Shown here: positions 20,103 through 31,042 of the stretch, piece after piece
Layout: each line of letters begins with the position of its first letter
Numbering within the stretch: the first letter of the stretch is position 1
NCBI GenBank assembly: GCA_045225715.1
Contig: JBGVBS010000015.1
Coordinates: forward strand, 1,001-65,000
Direction of reading: 5' to 3'
DNA: 64,000 nucleotides
Origin: Oscillospiraceae bacterium
GTDB taxonomy: Bacteria; Bacillota; Clostridia; Oscillospirales; Oscillospiraceae
Notes under the pieces: model-generated
Database searches by the model: none
The model's input: only the letters and a program-made list of their open reading frames with translations
Told to the model about the DNA's origin: nothing
Translations under genes and position numbers: made by a program

Positions 20103-20315
20103 TCAGCCCGCGAGGCCGATCAGCAGATGCACTGCCGACACGGCGGCATAATCGAAGATCCAGATGCAGGCGCCTACGATGAGCGAGAACAGCAGCACAG
20201 TGCCGGTATCCTTCATCGTCTTCTTGGGCGCGGGCCAGACGACCTTCTTCAGTTCGCTTTTCATTTCACGGAACCACTTGCCGCGGTCCTTCTTTTCCTT
20301 CTTTTCTTCTGCCAT
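20103..20315 (-). CDS. secE: Preprotein translocase subunit SecE
   Basis: 70 aa, single C-terminal TM helix, located between rpmG and nusG. Confidence 0.9.
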   Translation of the reverse strand: MAEEKKEKKDRGKWFREMKSELKKVVWPAPKKTMKDTGTVLLFSLIVGACIWIFDYAAVSAVHLLIGLAG

Positions 20316-20333
20316 GTTTCTACGACCTTTCGC

Positions 20334-20483
20334 TTACTTCGTTTCGGTGTGAACGGTGTGCTTCCTGCAGAAGGGACAATACTTGTTCAGCTCCAGCTTG
20401 TCCGGGGTGTTCTTCTTGTTCTTGATCGTGTTGTAGTTTCTCTGCTTGCACTCATTGCATCTCAGAGTGATTTTCACGCGCAT
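20334..20483 (-). CDS. rpmG: 50S ribosomal protein L33 (49 aa)
   Basis: Below the ORF-track cutoff. Translates to [57 protein letters not shown] upstream. Confidence 0.93.
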   Translation of the reverse strand: MRVKITLRCNECKQRNYNTIKNKKNTPDKLELNKYCPFCRKHTVHTETK

Positions 20484-20597
20484 AACGGCACCTCCTCTTT
20501 AGACTGCCTCCCTGTTTGGATTGAAGAGTCGTTTCCCGTGCGCATGAAAAGCGAAAAATGCGCACAAAAAGAAAGCCCTCTTTCACAGGTAAGTGGT

Positions 20598-20627
20598 ACT
20601 ATACCACACGCCCTCTCGAAAGGTCAA
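20598..20627 (-). promoter_or_regulatory. Promoter of the rpmG-secE-nusG-rplKA cluster
   Basis: Minus strand reads TTGACC, 18 nt, TATAGT, with TG immediately upstream of the -10. Confidence 0.55.
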
Positions 20628-20675
20628 GCTTTTTTTGCGGAAATGATTCATTTTTTTCAAAAGATGAGGCGGCTA

Positions 20676-21374
20676 TTATAAGCCGCCTTCTCCATTCGCG
20701 TTCATGCGCCCCAGCGCGTCCTTTGCCGCCATCTGTTCCGCCTCTTTTTTGCTGCGTCCGCTGCCTTCTCCGATGACTTTTTCGTTGAGCAGCACGGTGA
20801 TGGTAAAGACCTTGGCGTGATCCGGTCCATCTTCGCCCGTCAGAAGGTAGCGAAGCGTCTGATTCGGCGTACGCTGCACATACTCCTGCAAGGCGGTCTT
20901 ATAGTCCCGTCGGCGCTCCACAGTGCGAGCCTCGTTCGAGCCGTCAAGCAGCAGTCGGTGGATCAGCGCGCTCGCCGCAGCGATACCGCCATCCAGATAA
21001 ACAGCGGCGATGAGCGCTTCGGTGGCGTCTGCCAGAATCGACGGGCGCTCGCGTCCGCCGCCGGTTTCCTCGCCCTTGCCGAGGCAGAGATGCTCGCCCA
21101 GTCCGATACGGTGTGCCGCCTCATAAAGGCTCTCCTCGCACACCAACCGCGCGCGGATGCGCGTCAGCTCTCCCTCCGGCGCGTCAGGATGCTCTGCAAA
21201 CAGATATTCCGCCGTCACGAAGCCGAGCACGCTGTCGCCCAGAAACTCCAGGCGCTCGTTGCTGACCGCTTCCGCGCCGTGGTGCTCGTTTGCATAGGAG
21301 CTGTGGCGCAGCGCCTCGCGCAGCAGCGCGGGGTTCCGGAAGGAATAACCCAGCGCCTTTTCCAAAGATTGCAT
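20676..21374 (-). CDS. rnc: Ribonuclease III
   Basis: ERLEFLGDSVLG catalytic signature and a C-terminal dsRBD. Confidence 0.96.
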   Translation of the reverse strand: MQSLEKALGYSFRNPALLREALRHSSYANEHHGAEAVSNERLEFLGDSVLGFVTAEYLFAEHPDAPEGELTRIRARLVCEESLYEAAHRIGLGEHLCLGKGEETGGGRERPSILADATEALIAAVYLDGGIAAASALIHRLLLDGSNEARTVERRRDYKTALQEYVQRTPNQTLRYLLTGEDGPDHAKVFTITVLLNEKVIGEGSGRSKKEAEQMAAKDALGRMNANGEGGL

Positions 21375-21432
21375 GTCCGTTTTCCTCTTTTCACACAGAA
21401 ACGCCCCGCAGCGGCACGGGGCGTCCGTTTTA

Positions 21433-21678
21433 TCAGTTGAGCTTGCGGTTCAGGTATCTGACGCAGTCGCCGACCGTCTTGAGCTGCGCAAGCTCGTCTT
21501 CCTCAATCTCATCGAGTTCAAACTCCTCTTCCATCGCCATCACAAGCTCCACCAGATCGACGGAATCCGCGCCGATGTCGTCCACAAACGAGCTCGTCAT
21601 CGTAATCTCGTCTTCGTCCAGCGCAAACTGTTCCGCGATCAGAGTCTGCATCTTCTTGAAAATCTCTTCCGGGGTCAT
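21433..21678 (-). CDS. acpP: Acyl carrier protein
   Basis: 81 aa from the internal ATG (MTPEEIFKK); phosphopantetheine site DIGADSVD. Confidence 0.93.
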   Translation of the reverse strand: MTPEEIFKKMQTLIAEQFALDEDEITMTSSFVDDIGADSVDLVELVMAMEEEFELDEIEEDELAQLKTVGDCVRYLNRKLN

Positions 21679-21769
21679 AGCCTCTCCTCCATTGGGCAAA
21701 TATAATGTAACGGTATGGTACACCGCGGCATATGCGGTGTCAAGTGCTAATGGGGTAAAAAGCCATTTT

Positions 21770-22795
21770 TCACGCTCTGTCCAGACGCATCTTATCAATG
21801 TCCCGCGCGATGTCATCGGCGATGCCGCTCTGCGCGACGTCGATCGCCTGACGGATCGCGTTGCAGAACGCAAGCTCGTTGGACGACCCGTGCGCCTTGA
21901 CAACAGGCTTGGAGATGCCCAGCAGCGCCGTTCCGCCGACCTCGTTGGGGTCGAGTGTGCGTTTGAATTCCTTCAATTCGCCGCGCAGCAGCAGGGCTGC
22001 GACCTTGGTGCCCGCGTTCTTCATCAGCATTTCCTTGAGCAGACCGCCGAGCATCTTGCCCGCGCCCTCAATGCTCTTGAGCATGATGTTGCCGGAAAAA
22101 CCGTCCGCAACGATGACATCACACTGGCCCAGCATGGCCTCTTTCGCCTCAACATTGCCGACAAAGTTGAGATCGCCGCGTTCGCCCGCCTCCTTGAGCT
22201 TCTGGTACGTCTCGCGGCGCAGCGTATCGCCCTTCTCTTCCTCAGCGCCGATGTTGAGCAGCCCCACGCGGGGCTTGTCCACGCCGAGCACCTTGGCTGC
22301 GTAGTAGCTGCCAAGATAGGCGAATTGCAGCAGGTACTCCACCGTACACTCCGCATTCGCGCCGCAGTCCAGCAGCACGGCGCGGCCCGTCGCAGTCGGG
22401 ATCGTCGGCGCCAGCGCCGCGCGGCGCAGGCCGCGGATGCGCTTGACCACCAGCGTCGCGCCCGCGAGCAGCGCGCCGGTGCTGCCGGCGGAGACGAATC
22501 CGTCCGCCTCGCCGTCCCTTACCATCTTGAGTCCGACCGTCAGAGAGGAATCCGGCTTTTTCTTGAATGCCGTCGCGGGATCGTCCGCGATCTCGACGAC
22601 CTCCGTCGCCCCGCGGATCGTGACGCCGGCAGGCAGCTCCGTCTTGCCCGCCTCCCGCAGCGCGTTGCGGATCGTCTCCTCGCGCCCGACCAGGACAAGC
22701 TCCGCCTCGGGATAGCGCTCCCGCGCGAGCAGCGCGCCCCTGACGGGCGCGACGGGGGCAAAATCGCCGCCCATGACGTCGATGGCTATTCTCAT
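21770..22795 (-). CDS. plsX: Phosphate acyltransferase PlsX
   Basis: MRIAIDVMGGD N-terminus; 341 aa; sits upstream of acpP. Confidence 0.95.
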   Translation of the reverse strand: MRIAIDVMGGDFAPVAPVRGALLARERYPEAELVLVGREETIRNALREAGKTELPAGVTIRGATEVVEIADDPATAFKKKPDSSLTVGLKMVRDGEADGFVSAGSTGALLAGATLVVKRIRGLRRAALAPTIPTATGRAVLLDCGANAECTVEYLLQFAYLGSYYAAKVLGVDKPRVGLLNIGAEEEKGDTLRRETYQKLKEAGERGDLNFVGNVEAKEAMLGQCDVIVADGFSGNIMLKSIEGAGKMLGGLLKEMLMKNAGTKVAALLLRGELKEFKRTLDPNEVGGTALLGISKPVVKAHGSSNELAFCNAIRQAIDVAQSGIADDIARDIDKMRLDRA

Positions 22796-22806
22796 AGCGG
22801 TTCTCC

Positions 22807-24135
22807 TTACTTCTCTATGTCGCTCATGACTTCATCACGCAAAGCGTCAATGATCTCCAGCGAACGCTTTGACAGCTCCGCGTTCTTGTTGCGCTTGCCC
22901 TTAACGCGGTAGCCCAGCGGCGGAATGATGCCAAAGTTGATATTCATCGGCTGGAAATCCGCCACGCCCTGATTGGAAATATAAAGCCCCAGCGCGCCGA
23001 TGGCGGTCTCCTGCGGGAAATTGACAGGCGCCTTGCCTTCGAGGCGGCGCGCCAGCTCCACACCGACCAGAAAGCCGGATGCCGAGGACTCAACGTAGCC
23101 CTCCACGCCGGTCATCTGCCCGGCGAACGCGATCCGCGGGTCGGCGATGAGGCGGTAGTAACGGTCGAGCATACGCGGGGAATCCAGGTAGGTGTTGCGG
23201 TGCATCACGCCGTAGCGCACAAACTCCGCGTCGTGCAGCGCGGGGATCATCGAAAAGACGCGCTTCTGCTCCGGGAAGCGCAGATGTGTCTGGAAGCCGA
23301 CGAGGTTGTAGACGCTGCCCTCCTGATTGTCGCGGCGCAGCTGCACCACCGCGAAGGGCTCGCGTCCGGTTTTCGGATCCTTGAGACCGCGCGGCTTGAG
23401 CGGGCCGTAGCAAAGCGTGTCTCGGCCGCGGCGCGCCATGACCTCGACGGGCATACAGCCCTCGAACACATTCTTGTCCTCAAAACCGTGCACCGGCGCT
23501 TCCTCCGCCGTCGTCAGCGCCTCCCAAAACGCCTGATACTCCTCTTCGGTCATCGCGCAGTTGATGTAATCCGCCGTGCCGCGGTCGTAGCGCGAGGCAA
23601 ACCACGCGCGATCCATATCCACACTCTCAAAGGTCACGAGCGGCGCGGCGGCGTCGAAGAAATGCAGCGTGTTGGCGTCCCCGCCGATCTTGCGCGCAAT
23701 GGCGTCCGCCAGTGCGTCGCTGGTCAGCGGCCCTGTGGCGACGACGACCGTTCCGTCCTCAGGGATCTCAGTGATCTCGCCGTCCACGACGGTGATGTTG
23801 GGGTGACTGCGGATACGCTCGGTGACGAGACGCGCAAAACCGTGGCGATCCACCGCCAGCGCACCGCCCGCCTCCACGCGCGTTTCGTCCGCGCAGGAGA
23901 GGATCAGTGAGCCGAGGCGGCGCATCTCCTCCTTGAGCAGCCCCACAGCGTTTTCAAGCTGGTCGGAGCGCAGGGAGTTGGAGCATACCAGCTCCGCAAA
24001 ATCGTTTGTATGGTGCGCGGGTGTGCGTTTATTCGGTTTCATTTCGCACAGTGTCACACGGACGCCGCGCCGCGCGAGCTGCCAGACGCATTCGCTGCCG
24101 GCCAATCCCGCGCCGATGACGGTCACTTCATTCAT
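22807..24135 (-). CDS. trmFO: Methylenetetrahydrofolate--tRNA-(uracil54-C5)-methyltransferase TrmFO
   Basis: FAD motif VIGAGLAGSE; 442 aa; topA-trmFO synteny. Confidence 0.94.
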   Translation of the reverse strand: MNEVTVIGAGLAGSECVWQLARRGVRVTLCEMKPNKRTPAHHTNDFAELVCSNSLRSDQLENAVGLLKEEMRRLGSLILSCADETRVEAGGALAVDRHGFARLVTERIRSHPNITVVDGEITEIPEDGTVVVATGPLTSDALADAIARKIGGDANTLHFFDAAAPLVTFESVDMDRAWFASRYDRGTADYINCAMTEEEYQAFWEALTTAEEAPVHGFEDKNVFEGCMPVEVMARRGRDTLCYGPLKPRGLKDPKTGREPFAVVQLRRDNQEGSVYNLVGFQTHLRFPEQKRVFSMIPALHDAEFVRYGVMHRNTYLDSPRMLDRYYRLIADPRIAFAGQMTGVEGYVESSASGFLVGVELARRLEGKAPVNFPQETAIGALGLYISNQGVADFQPMNINFGIIPPLGYRVKGKRNKNAELSKRSLEIIDALRDEVMSDIEK

Positions 24136-26384
24136 TTTGTCGTCTTCTTCATCGTTGTCTTTTTTGTGGTTGTTTTTTTATCCGCCGTTTTCCTTGTGGC
24201 AGGCTTCTTCTCCGCCGACGCTTCCACGGCATCTGTTGCGGTCTTCTTCGTGTAGCCGCGTTTTTCCTCCGGCACAAAGCGCTCACAGGCAGGATTGATA
24301 CAGTAAGGGCGCTTGAAGCCTTTGCCGGACTTCTTGAACATCGTCTGACCGCAGCTTGGGCAATCATCCTTGACCGGCACGTCGAAGGTCGTAAAGTCGC
24401 ACGCACTGCTCTCATCACGGCTGCCGCGGTGTTCGCAGACGTAATAGGTATACTGCTTGTTGGTCTTCTTGCTGATGCCGGTGCGTTTCATGATACGTCC
24501 GCCGCATTTGGGGCAGCGTCCAGGCATCTCTATGACCAAAGGCTTGGTAAAGGTGCACTCCGGATAGCCCGGGCAGGCGAGGAAGCGTCCGAATCTGCCG
24601 GATTTGACGACCATATTGCGTCCGCAGACGTCACACTTCTCCTCACTGACCTCGTCGGGCACCTTGAGATGCTGGCCTTCCAGATCCGCTTCCGCCTGTT
24701 TGAACTCGTCAGAGAAAGCGCCGTAAAAGTCGCGCAGGATCTCCTTCCACGCTTTCTTTCCCTCTTCGACGGTGTCCAGCGTCTCCTCCATGCGGGCGGT
24801 AAACTTCGTATCCACGATGTCGGGGAACTTCTGCTTCATCAGCTCCGTCACCACCGATCCGAGCGGCGTCGGGCGAAGGTACTTGCCCTCCTTGACAACA
24901 TACTCATGGGCAAGGATCGTGGAGACCGTCGGCGCATAGGTAGACGGACGTCCGATGCCGTTCTGCTCCATTGCCCGGATAAGCGTCGCATCCGTGTAGC
25001 GCGCAGGCGGCTGGGTAAAGTGCTGCTCCGGAGTAAAGCTGTCGAGCGCAAGAACCTGCCCTTCCGCGAGGGGCGGGAGCTTTGTCGCCTTCTCGTCCTT
25101 ATCCTCGTCATGCGATTCTTCATAGAGCGCCGTGTAACCCGCGAACTTGAGGTCGCTGGCGCTGGCGTGGAAGTCATAACCGTTCGCTTCGATCTCAACG
25201 CTGACGCTGTCGTAGACGGCGTTTGCCATCTGGCTGGCAAGGAAGCGGCTCCAGATCAAACGGTACAGGCGGTACTGCTCGCCGGTCAGGTCTCCCTTGA
25301 TGCGCTCCGGCGTCAGCTCGACAAGGGATGGACGGATCGCCTCATGCGCGTCCTGCGCGCCCGCTTTCGAACGGAAACGGCGCGTGGTATGCGGATAATA
25401 CTCCTGGCCGTAACGGCCGAGGATAAAGGTCTTGGCGGCGGCGAGCGCCTCCTCCGAGATGCGCAGCGAGTCGGTACGCATATATGTGATAAGGCCCACG
25501 GTGCCCTCGCCCTCGATGTCAACGCCCTCATAGAGCTGCTGCGCGATCGCCATGGTGCGGCGCGGGGTCATATTCAGCTTGCGGGAAGCCTCCTGCTGGA
25601 GTGTCGAGGTCGTAAACGGCGGCGAAGGGGAACGCTGCTTGTCCGCGCGCTTGATGGATTTGACCGCAAAGGCCGCGTCCTTCGTATCCTCGATGATAGC
25701 GTTGACCGCCTCCTGCGAGCCCGGCTCAGCCTTCTTACCGTTCCTGCCGTAGTAGCGTGCCGAGAAAGGCCTGCTCTTCGGCTCATCGCGCAGCAGCGCG
25801 TCCAGCGTCCAATATTCCTCCGGCCGAAACGCCTCGATCTCCTTCTCGCGGTCGTCCACCATACGCACGGCGACGGATTGCACGCGCCCCGCAGACAGGC
25901 CGGGGCGCACCTTCTTCCACAGCAGCGGCGAAAGCTGGTAGCCCACGATACGGTCCAGGATACGCCGCGCCTGCTGCGCGTCCACCAGATCCTGGTCGAT
26001 GGCGCGAGGCTCCTGAATGCTCTCGCTGACGACCTTCTTCGTGATCTCGTTGAAGGTCACGCGCTTTGCTTTCTCGTCGTCCAGATCAAGCAGAGCCTTG
26101 AGATGCCAGGAGATTGCCTCGCCCTCGCGATCCGGGTCGGTTGCGAGATAGACGGTGTCGCTCTCTTTCGCAGACTTTTTCAGCTCCTTGATCAGCGCTT
26201 CCTTACCCTTGATGGGCTTGTAATCCGGCTCAAAATCGTTCTCAATGTCCACGCCGAGCTTGCTCTTGGGCAGATCGCGCAGATGGCCCATGCTCGCGGT
26301 GACGGTATAGTCCTTGCCCAGATATTTTCCGATGGTCTTTGCCTTTGCCGGTGATTCGACAATGACCAGATTCTTCTTTGCCAT
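24132..26384 (-). CDS. topA: DNA topoisomerase I
   Basis: TOPRIM N-terminus LVIVESPAKAKTI, several C4 zinc ribbons and a Lys/Thr-rich basic tail; 750 aa. Confidence 0.97.
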   Translation of the reverse strand: MAKKNLVIVESPAKAKTIGKYLGKDYTVTASMGHLRDLPKSKLGVDIENDFEPDYKPIKGKEALIKELKKSAKESDTVYLATDPDREGEAISWHLKALLDLDDEKAKRVTFNEITKKVVSESIQEPRAIDQDLVDAQQARRILDRIVGYQLSPLLWKKVRPGLSAGRVQSVAVRMVDDREKEIEAFRPEEYWTLDALLRDEPKSRPFSARYYGRNGKKAEPGSQEAVNAIIEDTKDAAFAVKSIKRADKQRSPSPPFTTSTLQQEASRKLNMTPRRTMAIAQQLYEGVDIEGEGTVGLITYMRTDSLRISEEALAAAKTFILGRYGQEYYPHTTRRFRSKAGAQDAHEAIRPSLVELTPERIKGDLTGEQYRLYRLIWSRFLASQMANAVYDSVSVEIEANGYDFHASASDLKFAGYTALYEESHDEDKDEKATKLPPLAEGQVLALDSFTPEQHFTQPPARYTDATLIRAMEQNGIGRPSTYAPTVSTILAHEYVVKEGKYLRPTPLGSVVTELMKQKFPDIVDTKFTARMEETLDTVEEGKKAWKEILRDFYGAFSDEFKQAEADLEGQHLKVPDEVSEEKCDVCGRNMVVKSGRFGRFLACPGYPECTFTKPLVIEMPGRCPKCGGRIMKRTGISKKTNKQYTYYVCEHRGSRDESSACDFTTFDVPVKDDCPSCGQTMFKKSGKGFKRPYCINPACERFVPEEKRGYTKKTATDAVEASAEKKPATRKTADKKTTTKKTTMKKTTK

Positions 26385-26391
26385 AGTGGTA

Positions 26392-27603
26392 TTACTCCTC
26401 TATCAATTCTACGCACAGGGAAAAACGCTTGCCGCCGCTCTCAATGACATATCCCTCGATCTGCAGCACGGTCAGCGCAGAAAGCACCCGTCGCGTCGGC
26501 AGTTCGACGGTTTCGATCAGATCATCCACCTGCATCTCACCGCCCTTGAGCGCCTTCACGATATGCATTTGATCGTCCGTCAGCGTCATTTGTCCCGCGC
26601 GGATATCCAGCGTCGGCAGTTTCGTCGGCTCGTCCTTGTTCTCCTTTGCCGCAGCGGCTTCCTGCCGCGCCTGATACCCCAGCGTCTGCGGCATTTCCAC
26701 TCGCCCGCAGTGAAGTTTATGCGGATAGCGCGCCTCATACTCCCAAAGAATGTCCGAGGTATCCGCCACCAACGCCGCCGCGCCGTCAGCAATCAGGCGG
26801 TTGCAGCCGCGGCTCATCGGCGCCTTGATCGGTCCGGGCACGGCAAACACATCGCGCCCCTGCTCCAACGCTGTCTGTGCCGTAATCAGCGCGCCGCTGC
26901 GTCCCTCGGGCGCCTCTACGATCACGGTGGCGAGGCACAATCCGCTGATGATGCGGTTGCGAACAGGAAAGTGGCTTCCAACCGCCGGTGTGCCGGGCGG
27001 ATATTCCGTCATCAGCGCGCCCGATGCAATGATATCCCGGTAAAGCCATTCGTTCCCTGCGGGGTAGACCACATCCAGCCCACAGCCGAGCAGCGCGACC
27101 GTTTTCGCGCCCGCGCGAAGCGCGCCTCGATGCGCGGCGGAATCGATCCCGTACGCGCCGCCGGAGACGATCAGCGCGCCCTGCTTCGCCATAGCGTAGG
27201 CCAGTTCCTCAGCCGTCTCAATGCCATAGGGCGTCGCCTTGCGGGTTCCGACCATCGCGATCGCCGCTTCCTCGTCAATGAGGGGCAGCGTGCCCTTGAC
27301 ATACAGCAGGCATGGCGGCTCGTAGATATTGCGCAGCCGCACGGGATAGTCCGCATCCTGCATCGTCAGGATCCGCGCGCCGTGGCGCTCGCATTCGCCG
27401 AGGATATGGTCTGCCGCCGCGGTGCTTTTGTCCGCGAGCTGAGCCGCCTGCTTCGGCGTCATGCCCTCGACCTGGAGGTAATCCTCCGCGTCGGCATAAT
27501 AGACGTTTTCAGGCGTACCGAAATGCTCTAGCAGCTGCAGCTTGACACGATTGGAAACGCTCTTTTTCTCGCTCAGCCAGACCCAGTATTTGGTTCCCGC
27601 CAT
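26392..27603 (-). CDS. dprA: DNA-processing protein DprA
   Basis: Rossmann-like DprA core (GLDVVYP...N) and a C-terminal winged-helix extension; 403 aa. Confidence 0.9.
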   Translation of the reverse strand: MAGTKYWVWLSEKKSVSNRVKLQLLEHFGTPENVYYADAEDYLQVEGMTPKQAAQLADKSTAAADHILGECERHGARILTMQDADYPVRLRNIYEPPCLLYVKGTLPLIDEEAAIAMVGTRKATPYGIETAEELAYAMAKQGALIVSGGAYGIDSAAHRGALRAGAKTVALLGCGLDVVYPAGNEWLYRDIIASGALMTEYPPGTPAVGSHFPVRNRIISGLCLATVIVEAPEGRSGALITAQTALEQGRDVFAVPGPIKAPMSRGCNRLIADGAAALVADTSDILWEYEARYPHKLHCGRVEMPQTLGYQARQEAAAAKENKDEPTKLPTLDIRAGQMTLTDDQMHIVKALKGGEMQVDDLIETVELPTRRVLSALTVLQIEGYVIESGGKRFSLCVELIEE

Positions 27604-27613
27604 GTCTGATTCC

Positions 27614-28390
27614 TCAATTCTTTCCTCGATCTTGGTACATCTCCCACAGCATGACCGTCGCCGCAGCCGCCGCGTTGAGCGACTCGCAGCGCGGGCTCAT
27701 GGGGATCCTGACGGTCTGGTCGCAGAGCTCCAGCAGCCTCGCGCTCAGCCCTCTGCCTTCGCTGCCGATGGCAACAGCGGCACGGTCAAGGTCGGCGTCA
27801 GGCAGCGGCACGGTATCGCCGCGCAGCGCAGCGCCAAAGAGCCGGATATCGCTCCGCCGGAGCACGGAGGCGAGCTCATCCGCTGCGCACGTCCATACGC
27901 GTTGGCGAAAAATGGCGCCCATCGTCGCGCGCACGGTCTTTGGATTGTAAAGGTCGGCGCAAGCGTTCACCAAAAGCACGCCATCGCAGTCGAACGCATC
28001 CGCAGTACGAAGGATGGTGCCGACGTTTCCGGGATCCTGTACCCCATCAAGCACCAGATAGCGCTCCCCATCCAGTCTCTCCGGCAGGGGGGAACGCTCC
28101 ATCCGCGCAGTAAACAGCGCTCCCTGCGGCGTTTCCGCCGGGCTGACGGAACGCATCAGCTCGCCGCCGACGCGCACGGCTCGGACATCCTCCGGCAGGT
28201 CGGGCAGTTCGACGTTCTCGGTTACGACCACGGTTCTGAGCGGCGCGTTCCAGCGGATCGCCTCATCCAGCAGCTTCACGCCGTCGCCGAGATATTCCCC
28301 GCACTCATCGCGGTATGCGCGGGAGGACGCCAGTTTGCGCAGATGCGTCAGCAGCGTGTTATGGCGGCTTGTAATGGTCTCGACCGTCAA
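27614..28390 (-). CDS. TrmH/SpoU-family RNA 2'-O-methyltransferase
   Basis: SPOUT motifs (LDGVQDPGNVGTILRTA, GSEG.G, ESLN). Confidence 0.88.
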   Translation of the reverse strand: MTVETITSRHNTLLTHLRKLASSRAYRDECGEYLGDGVKLLDEAIRWNAPLRTVVVTENVELPDLPEDVRAVRVGGELMRSVSPAETPQGALFTARMERSPLPERLDGERYLVLDGVQDPGNVGTILRTADAFDCDGVLLVNACADLYNPKTVRATMGAIFRQRVWTCAADELASVLRRSDIRLFGAALRGDTVPLPDADLDRAAVAIGSEGRGLSARLLELCDQTVRIPMSPRCESLNAAAAATVMLWEMYQDRGKN

Positions 28391-28454
28391 TTTGACCCCT
28401 CCCTACCTATTAAAACAAAAGAACAATAGCACAAGAGTTTTTCAAATGCAAGGG

Positions 28455-28482
28455 CAAAAAAACAGCGGGTCTTTCGACCCGC
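28455..28482 (-). terminator. Rho-independent terminator after secG
   Basis: Minus strand reads GCGGGTC-GAAA-GACCCGC followed by a U-run. Confidence 0.75.
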
Positions 28483-28496
28483 CGCTTCATGGATTC

Positions 28497-28724
28497 TTAC
28501 AGCATATTCAAAACGAGCGTCAGCGCGATGAACGCCGCACCGACCCACTTGGTCGCACGCGCAAGCTTCGCATCGAGCGACTTGGACTTGTTCTTGGACA
28601 TGAAGCTGTCCGCAACGCCGCCGATGGCGCCGGACAAGCCGGCAGACTTACCGGACTGGAACAGCACGATACCAATGACGAACAAGCCGCACAGAACCTG
28701 CAAAATCACAACTGCCATATACAT
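28497..28724 (-). CDS. secG: Preprotein translocase subunit SecG
   Basis: 75 aa, two TM helices, LFQSGKSAGLSGAIGG motif. Confidence 0.9.
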   Translation of the reverse strand: MYMAVVILQVLCGLFVIGIVLFQSGKSAGLSGAIGGVADSFMSKNKSKSLDAKLARATKWVGAAFIALTLVLNML

Positions 28725-28852
28725 GAGCTTCTTACCTCCGTTATCTCGTCACGCAAGAGAATACCCCTCGCATTTTTCAATCGCGAGGGGTATGATAGCA
28801 TATTATGTTCAGGATTGCAAGAGATTTTTTCCGCTTTTCACGCTTTTTTCAC

Positions 28853-29419
28853 TTATTCTTCCTTTTTGTCTCCGCTCATCAGGTCCGCCGCCGCTTCGAC
28901 GCCCTCTTCGACCGTCTCATGCACCGATGCGATGTCCGCAGGCTCCGCGGCTTCCCCGGCGAGTTCCTCCGCCTTCTCAGCGAACGCCTCGACGCCTTCC
29001 GCGACCAGATCCTGCGCGTTCGTACCATTCGAGGGCTTCTTGGCGAGCGCGGCAATCGCCTCCGCCTTCTCAGAGAAGAATCCCATGCCCCTGTCCAACA
29101 GCTCGCGCGCGGACATATCCTGCTCGCTCTTGCGCGTCTTCAGCTCCTCCAGCTTCGCCTGGGAGTCACGGATCGCCTTGAGCAGATCCGCCGCGCCCTC
29201 CGGCGCCTCGTCGCCGAACTGGACGGCGTACCATTCGCCAAGCGCCTGATAGCACTTCTCCAGATTGCGTTTCTCCGTCACGAGCGAGACGTTGGTCTTT
29301 GCAACGTCCTTGATCACGCCCGCCTTTTCACCGGCGACGGCCGCAGCTTCCTGTGCCTTCTCCGCCGCCGCGTAAGCGGTCTCCTGTGCCTTGCGCTTGA
29401 GTTCCTCCAGATTTGCCAT
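28853..29419 (-). CDS. Acidic coiled-coil hypothetical protein
   Basis: Start set at the ATG (MANLEELKRK) 8 nt after an AAGGAG RBS. Ala/Glu-rich helical sequence; no family recognised. Confidence 0.55.
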   Translation of the reverse strand: MANLEELKRKAQETAYAAAEKAQEAAAVAGEKAGVIKDVAKTNVSLVTEKRNLEKCYQALGEWYAVQFGDEAPEGAADLLKAIRDSQAKLEELKTRKSEQDMSARELLDRGMGFFSEKAEAIAALAKKPSNGTNAQDLVAEGVEAFAEKAEELAGEAAEPADIASVHETVEEGVEAAADLMSGDKKEE

Positions 29420-29459
29420 GTCTGTTGCTCCTTTCAAAATCTATTCAGTCTGTGCTTTT

Positions 29460-30968
29460 TTATTTTTCGACCCAGCCGCAGGCGCAGTTGACTGCGCGCT
29501 TCCAGCCGCGGTAGATCTCCTCGCATTCGTACTGCTCCCGCTGCGGCGTAAACACTCTCGCGCTCACGCGTGCCGCGCGCACCTCGTCCATGTTCTCCCA
29601 AAGCCCTGCGGCGAGCCCCGCCAGCGCCGCCGCGCCGAACGCCGTCGTCTCAACCATTGCGGGACGGTCTACGGGGATACGGAGCAGATCGGCCTGAAAC
29701 TGCATCATGACGTCGCTGACGCTGGCACCGCCGTCCACGCGCAGTACGCTGATTTCACAGCCCGCGTCTTGCCGCATGGCGGTCATCAGATCAGTGACCT
29801 GATAGGCGATGGACTCCAGCACCGCGCGCGCAAAATGGGCTCGGGACGTACCGCGCGTCATGCCCACCACGCAGCCGCGGGCGTACATATCCCAGTACGG
29901 CGCGCCGAGGCCGGTGAACGCCGGCACCAGATATACGCCGCCTGTGTCCGGAACGCTCTCGGCGAGGCGGTCACATTCCGGAGCGCTGTCGATGATACGC
30001 ATCTCGTCGCGCAGCCACTGGATGGCGCTTCCCGCGTTGAATACGCTGCCCTCCAGCGCGTAGGTCGTCTCCCCGTTCACGTTCCACGCGACGGATGTAA
30101 CAAGTCCCGCACGCGAACGCACCGGCCTTGCGCCGACATTCATCAGCGTAAAGCAACCCGTGCCATAGGTGTTCTTCGCCTGTCCGCGCTCGAAGCACCC
30201 CTGCCCGAACAGCGCCGCCTGCTGGTCGCCCGCCGCGCCGCAGACCGGCACTCCCGCGAGGTCTTCCAGGCCCTCGATCCCATCGGCGACCGTACCGTAG
30301 ACCTCCGAGTTACTCACCGGAGTTGGCAAAATGGACATAGGGATATTCAGCAGCCGGCACAACTCCTCATCCCACTTCAGCGTGTGGATATTGAACAGCA
30401 TCGTGCGTGATGCGTTGGAGTAATCTGTCACGTGCGCCCTGCCGCCGGTCAGCTTCCAGATGAGCCACGTTTCGACCGTGCCGAACAGCAGCTCGCCGCG
30501 CTCCGCTCTCTCCCGCGCGCCGGGAACATTGTCCAGCAGCCACTTGAGCTTTGTGCCGGAAAAATAGGCGTCGATCAGCAGCCCCGTCTTCTCCGCCACC
30601 AACTCGTTGACGCCGTGATGCTCGCGCACCAGCGCATCGCAGATGTCCGCCGTGCGGCGGCACTGCCAGACGATGGCATTGTGGATGGGCTTACCCGTCG
30701 CCCTCTCCCAAACGATGGTCGTCTCGCGCTGGTTCGTGATACCAATGCCCGCGATCTCCTCCGCAGGGCAGGCTCCTCGCAGCGCCTGCGCCGCGACCAT
30801 GCGCTGCGTGCTCCAGATCTCCAGCGGATCATGCTCGACCCAGCCGGGCTTGGGATAGATCTGCGTAAAGTCGCGCTGCGCCTTGCCGACGATCTCTCCC
30901 GCCTTGTCGAACACGATGGCGCGGGAACTGGTCGTTCCCTGATCGAGGGCGAGAATGTATTTTTTCAT
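29460..30968 (-). CDS. glpK: Glycerol kinase
   Basis: [14 protein letters not shown]-terminus and FGGY kinase motifs; 502 aa. Confidence 0.97.
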   Translation of the reverse strand: MKKYILALDQGTTSSRAIVFDKAGEIVGKAQRDFTQIYPKPGWVEHDPLEIWSTQRMVAAQALRGACPAEEIAGIGITNQRETTIVWERATGKPIHNAIVWQCRRTADICDALVREHHGVNELVAEKTGLLIDAYFSGTKLKWLLDNVPGARERAERGELLFGTVETWLIWKLTGGRAHVTDYSNASRTMLFNIHTLKWDEELCRLLNIPMSILPTPVSNSEVYGTVADGIEGLEDLAGVPVCGAAGDQQAALFGQGCFERGQAKNTYGTGCFTLMNVGARPVRSRAGLVTSVAWNVNGETTYALEGSVFNAGSAIQWLRDEMRIIDSAPECDRLAESVPDTGGVYLVPAFTGLGAPYWDMYARGCVVGMTRGTSRAHFARAVLESIAYQVTDLMTAMRQDAGCEISVLRVDGGASVSDVMMQFQADLLRIPVDRPAMVETTAFGAAALAGLAAGLWENMDEVRAARVSARVFTPQREQYECEEIYRGWKRAVNCACGWVEK

Positions 30969-31042
30969 CGGTTCCCCCTGTTCATTTGCGAGAAGTATGT
31001 TATACTTTGGCTATGAAATGATTATAGCACAGGGAGGCTGCG

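Noticed and set aside
24132-24260. Lys/Thr-rich repetitive tail of TopA (KKTTTKKTTMKKTTK), considered as a possible separate or repeat feature.
   Set aside because: It is in frame with topA. Basic C-terminal tails are common in Firmicutes topoisomerase I, so it is not an independent element.
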